Below are positions 59,172 through 64,000 of a stretch of 64,000 bases of DNA, in pieces; position 1 is the first letter of the stretch; each line of letters begins with the position of its first letter. The stretch lies in the NCBI RefSeq assembly GCF_022539665.2, contig NC_081332.1:434001-498000 (forward strand), written 5' to 3'. The notes beneath the pieces are model-generated. The model saw nothing but the letters and a program-made list of their open reading frames with translations. It was not told the DNA's origin and did no database searches. The DNA is from Daphnia carinata. Its lineage: Eukaryota. Made by a program: the position numbers and the translations under genes.

Positions 59172-61851
59172 ATATAACTTTTACCATTGGGTGAAGTTGG
59201 CGTAATAGGACCCAAAAAATCCATTCCAATTACATCAAAAGGAGCCTTTGCAATTTCGTGCGGATGCAAAAGTGCTCGATAATTTGAAGAAGTGTTAGCT
59301 ATGCATACCTCACAAGCCCGGCAATATTCCTTCATACCGCCTCTCATGTTCGGCCAATAATTATTATTTTTGATTTTCATATAAGTTTTATAAAATGCTA
59401 AATGCCCACCCATCGGTGCGTCATGTAATTCTTTAAGCACTAGATGGCGTAAGGATAATGGCAAAACTAATTGATAATGAGTGTCTTTCCTTTTATTACT
59501 CTGAGATGGCAGTTCCCGCCTATAAAGTGTTCCTTCAATTATCTCAAAATACTCAATTTCTTTTACTCACTCAGGTTTCGATATTTTAAGAATTTCATCT
59601 AGTTCTCCTTTCTCTAGATAATTTCTAATGGCTATACAAAGATCATCCTTTTGTTGTTTTTCGCAAATCAATTTAATATCCTCCCCAGTCTGAATACTAG
59701 CTACTTTCAATCTCGACAAGCAGTCTGCATCCTGGTGAACACGTCCTGGTCTGTATTTTAACTCATAATTTGTTGCAGCAAGTGAAATCGCCCATCTACC
59801 CAATCTTCCATTGTTCTTTTTCTGATTTTTAAGCCATTGCAAGGGACGATTCTCACTAATTATCTCAAAGGGCTTATCCAAGAGATAATGACGGGAATGT
59901 TTAATGGCATCTACGACCGCTAGAGCTTCTTTTTCTGTTGTACTTTACTTCATTTCTGCCTTGGTTAATTGTCTACTGGAATACGCTATTGGATGCTCTT
60001 GACCGTTTTGAATTTGAGATAAGACGGCTCCAATACCATAGCCGCACGCGTCGGTGAAAAGAATGAGTTTTTCATTAAAATTACGATATACGAGAACCGG
60101 CGGTGTAACCAGAAAAGTGCGCCACTTTTCAAAAGCAACTTGTTCTTCCTTTCCCCATGCAAAAGATTTCTTACTATGGTCTTCGTGAGTTAATCTAGTC
60201 GAAGGTTTTGCGATTGAATCAAAATTTGGAATGAATCTCCTATAATAACCTGCTAAGCCGAGAAATGACCTCACTTCATCAACAGAAGGGGCGTTTTGTA
60301 ATTTAATATTTTATCAATTTTTCCCGGATCAGGTTTAATTCCCTCCGTCAAAATAACATGACCTAAATAATTTACCGAATTTTTAATGAACTGGCATTTC
60401 TTAAGTTTTAATTTTAAATTGGCATTTTTTAATAAGGTAAAAATTTCCCGAATATCGTTTAAATGATGATCAAAAGTGTCCAAATATATGATGACGTCAT
60501 CCAAATAAACTAATGCTTTACTACCCAGAAAGTCTTTCAGTACATAATTCATTGGCTTTTGAAATGTGGCAGGTGCATTGCACAAGCCAAACGCCATTCG
60601 TTTAAACTCGTAAAGATTGTTCTCTACTACAAAAGCTGTTTTTTCAATATCCGGTTCATCTTCTTGAATTTGTCAGTAGCCGGAGGCTAAATCCAGGGTC
60701 GTGAAAAATTTATTTCCATATAATTTATCTAACGTTTCATCAATCCTCGGCATAGGAAAAGAATCTTTTTTTGTAATACTATTTAATTTCCGATAATCAA
60801 CGCAAAACCTTACTTCTCCGCCTTTTTTCTCTACTAATACCACAGGTGACGCCCATGGGGAATGATAATATTGTATTATATTTGCGTCCCTCATTTCCTG
60901 CACTTTATCTTCCAATATCTTTCTTTGGTGGTTCGTAACTCGATAGGGTCGTTGTCGAATAGGGCCTCTTCCTTGTGTATCAATCGTGTGCTTAATGAGA
61001 TTAGTGCTCCCTAATTCTGAATCTTTTGTTGCAAACAAGTCGTGAAAATCATCCAATAATTTTGAGAGCGGAGCTTGTAATTCAGCGTCGACGTCTAAAA
61101 TTAAAGCTAGCTCATGTTTTGTAGTAGGCTTTCCCTCTATTTTACATAAAGCAATCTTTCCAATTACGTTATGAATCACTTCGATTATGCCTAATGTTGT
61201 GTTCCTAGGAAGTATGACTTGATTTAACGAATGATTTTCGACCACAATTTGATATTTCCTATCTCCCGATACATTTCCCACAAATTCTTCAATAAAAATG
61301 CCATCCGGCAAAACCTCTGCTGGGGTAAAAATTAATGTGCTATTAGGGGAAACATACGGAAATGACCCTGTCATTTGCGCTGCAATTACTAGTGACGTCT
61401 GACGAGATAGCATCGTCTTTTTGACCGTCGTAATTGCCATGTCTGGTACCCTAGAGATGGCTGATCCCTGCTCATCTCTTGCTCAATAAATACGTTTGGC
61501 TTCTCCGTCGAGCCGAAAACCGTGTTTCTGGATCGCATCCCATCCAAGGATACAGTCTTCAGAGACACCATTTGTAGCAATAAACTCCTGCCGTAAAACT
61601 GACTCTCCGTATCGTACGGGCAATGTAACTTTACCCAGCGTATGCAACTTTTTCTCTCCTACATCGTATAAGTCGAAATCAAGCTGACTGCAGGTTACTT
61701 GATTTCTCGGGGGTAACTTCTGAAATATCTTCTCGTGAATAATGCTTCTAGACGCGCCTGTATCAAATAATGCTTGTAAAGGGATGTGAAAAATTTTAAA
61801 TGGAATTCTAGGGGTCGATTCATTTATTATTGTTGTTAATTTCGCGACTTG

Positions 61852-61917
61852 TCGGGATTTCAACTGAGGCTCCCTATCAACTGACCCGAAGTTACAGTTG
61901 ATACCTATTGGTTTCCC
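61852..61917 (-). promoter_or_regulatory. -1 ribosomal frameshift signal (G GGA AAC + pseudoknot), A3
   Basis: GGGAAAC, 7-nt spacer, perfect 9-bp stem TATCAACTG/CAGTTGATA, loop TCGGG pairs with CCCGA. Confidence 0.75.
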
Positions 61918-63156
61918 AGATGCTGATGGGGACCTGGAATATTAAGCCTATTAGAGCGAAACTTAGGACAGTTATTTGATCGGTCACCAATCTCACGGCA
62001 AGAATAACAAATTGGAGGCTGCGCTTGTTCCAAATTATGCCGCTGAAATTTACGACAATCCGATTGCGTATGACCCCGAAAACCGCAGAAGTTGCAAGTT
62101 ATTACATTTTGAGTAGGCCTATTATTTGCATCAGCACCAGATTTTGGGAAGGGCTGCGTGTAATTTGTAGGCCTATTTTGGTTCCTCTTTGGTAAGGGTG
62201 TGTGTTGCTCTGGGGGCGTGAAGGGTTTGGTCTCCAGTTTCTTTCCCGATTGACACTATCTGTTTGAAACGATACCCTTTTCTTATACGGGGCACCCGCC
62301 GAAGAAGAAACATTATCCCTCTTATCAAGTTGGAGTTGTTTGACCGCCTGACTGAGCTCGTGCAGTGCATCTTTAATTTCATCCCTCTCCGATTTCGGAG
62401 TGTCTACGTTCTTATTCCCTTGACGTATATTAGCGACGGCATGACTGACTATTGCCTTCTGATCAATTAACATTTGTTTAATCTCATTCAATTCTGAATT
62501 TTCTACATCTTCCGACTCGTCAATTGCCCTAACAAACTCATGTTTTTCACGGTCAGAGTCAAGTGCCTCCAAGCGAACAGCATAAACACGTGCCGCTGCA
62601 ACCAGTGCGTTAAAGTCACCAAATTCTTTGTACCGTACCTACCTGCCGTACCAGCCTGCAATTTTGAATCCAAACCTTCTATAAAATTTTGCATAAGAAT
62701 AACTGAAAAGGATCGCTCGGCATAGCCTACAGGATACGCTTTCTTAAAGATTTCCTGAAGACGGTGCGCATAATCAATTATTTTTTCGCCCGGTTTACGT
62801 TTAGCCTTATTAAATTTTTTAATGTACAGGTCGACGTTTTCGTCCCCAAGAAAGTGGTCGAGTAAAGCTTCATTGACAGACGTATAGTCATTAGGATGTT
62901 CCGTAATAATATGTTGTACCACGGAAAGAGCCTTATCAGTCATTTTAGCTCGCAGCATCTGAATAATCTTCTCTTTTGACCATCCTAACCCTTCGACTAT
63001 GCTTTCAAAGTTCTCAAGCCAGGAGTCAAAACGAGAAATTGGACTGCCCGAAAAAGAAGAAAGCAATTGTAAGCGCGAAAAAGTATGTTGATTTGTCTGA
63101 AAATCGTTTAAGTCGTTGACTGTGGCTGCACGTGACGGGAATAACGATCTAGCCAT
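61905..63156 (-). pseudogene. gag: gag of A3
   Basis: FSGSPISRFDSWLENFE, KRKPGEKIIDYAHRL, two CCHC knuckles; frameshifts. Confidence 0.88.
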
Positions 63157-63179
63157 GTTCGAATTAAATATGGGGAATT

Positions 63180-64000
63180 TCAAAATTCGCTGTGGATTCT
63201 GAGGGAGTTTTGGAATGCTATCCAAAATTGCCTGATACCCTCTAGTATCTCTTCCGGTTGGCTGGAGGGATGGATGTGAGGAGAGAGTTGAAAGATTGAC
63301 TGTCTGCAACGTCGGTTTCTTCTGCGTGTCCTTCTCTTCTTCGGAGTATTTTCCGACAGCGGCGATGTTTGTTGGATCGGTGTGGCTTGTTGTTGTGTGT
63401 TGTTCGTTTGTATGCACAACAGCGCTTGTCTTACTTGTATTTCCGTTTGCGTGATTATTGGCTTAATGTCCCTCGCCCGCTTTGCGTAGAATGGGTTGTT
63501 GGCTGCCGGAAAATTGTTCAGTTTGTCCAAAAGGAATAAGATTTCTGGCTGTAGCACCTCAAAATTGTTGATTAGTTGTAGTTTCTTTAAGTACGACGCT
63601 AGGTTGGCCACTTCTTTCGGGAATGCTCGTTGTGACGCCAGTAAGATTTCTTCCAGATGAAGTGATGTGTCGGTCACCACGATGATTATTTTCACGTATC
63701 TGCCGTCCTCATCTCTGTCGGTGATGTCCCTTCTGGGAACGAACCCGAATAGTTCCGGTCTCTTGTTGGTGTGATCTCTTGCAGGTCTATTATGTTGTAA
63801 ATTTGTTCGTGTAGGCAAGTCAAAACCTGTCTCGCGTGCCGCGTGAAAATTTCCTTGAGCACCGTCACGATTTCCACTGTCTGCTTCTTCGTCTTCTTCG
63901 TAATCAGTCCACTGGTTTTCACTTCCAGAATGGATGTCAGGTACTTGAGGAGAGTCTTCGGTTGTTTCCAGTCCGTCTGAGTTGGTTGTTCCACGTGATA
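63180..64000 (-). pseudogene. ORF0 upstream of gag (unknown function), partial
   Basis: homologous to 44979-45610 of A2; both stop just before the gag ATG. Confidence 0.7.

Larger units (their letters stand above)
57607..61917 (-). pseudogene. pol: pol of A3 (multiple stops/frameshifts; interrupted by solo LTR)
   Basis: LFDTGA, RFCVDYRKLN, YLDD, TDACGYGIGAVL, GMDFLGP, KYKGPY. Confidence 0.93.
45689..64000 (-). mobile_element. Ty3/gypsy family A element (copy A3), degenerate, with nested insertions; 5' end beyond window
   Basis: colinear homology to A2: env 46422-47690, ORF-X 56921-57426, pol 57607-61917, gag 61905-63156, ORF0 63180-64000. Confidence 0.92.

Overview
Eukaryotic (animal) DNA. 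Compact AT-rich genes with 55-80 nt introns suggest a Daphnia-like crustacean; this is inference. Three zones. (1) 1-19004: a tandem array of a ~1643-1644 bp unit (11 full units plus 1 truncated). Each unit has five minus-strand tRNA genes (Ile-AAT x2, Lys-CTT, Leu-TAG, Ser-TGA; 58 tRNA loci in all), and the array ends abruptly in (CTT)49. (2) 19.4-29.8 kb: convergent host genes HACD3 (+) and HIP1/Sla2 (-; internal two-exon duplication), then a spliced-looking non-coding + strand region and a ~450 bp foldback with G.U-biased arms. (3) 30-64 kb: a nested, almost entirely minus-oriented pile of degenerate envelope-bearing Ty3/gypsy elements. Family A forms a head-to-tail chain sharing LTRs. It has a complex-retrovirus-like layout: ORF0, gag, -1 frameshift, pol, a small ORF-X behind its own TATA box, then a class III gB/chuvirus-like env. 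ORF-X carries a SUMO-interacting-like motif, a conserved LDPxxRxPPxxxW domain and an NLS; four homologues are present. Family B (156-bp LTRs, tRNA-Ala PBS) has a baculovirus-F/errantivirus-type env read in frame with integrase. Best candidates for something new: the ORF-X accessory protein family and family A architecture, the IN-Env fusion, and a possible flamenco-like unistrand piRNA cluster with an adjacent hairpin RNA. All protein-family calls come from motif recognition by eye; no searches were run.
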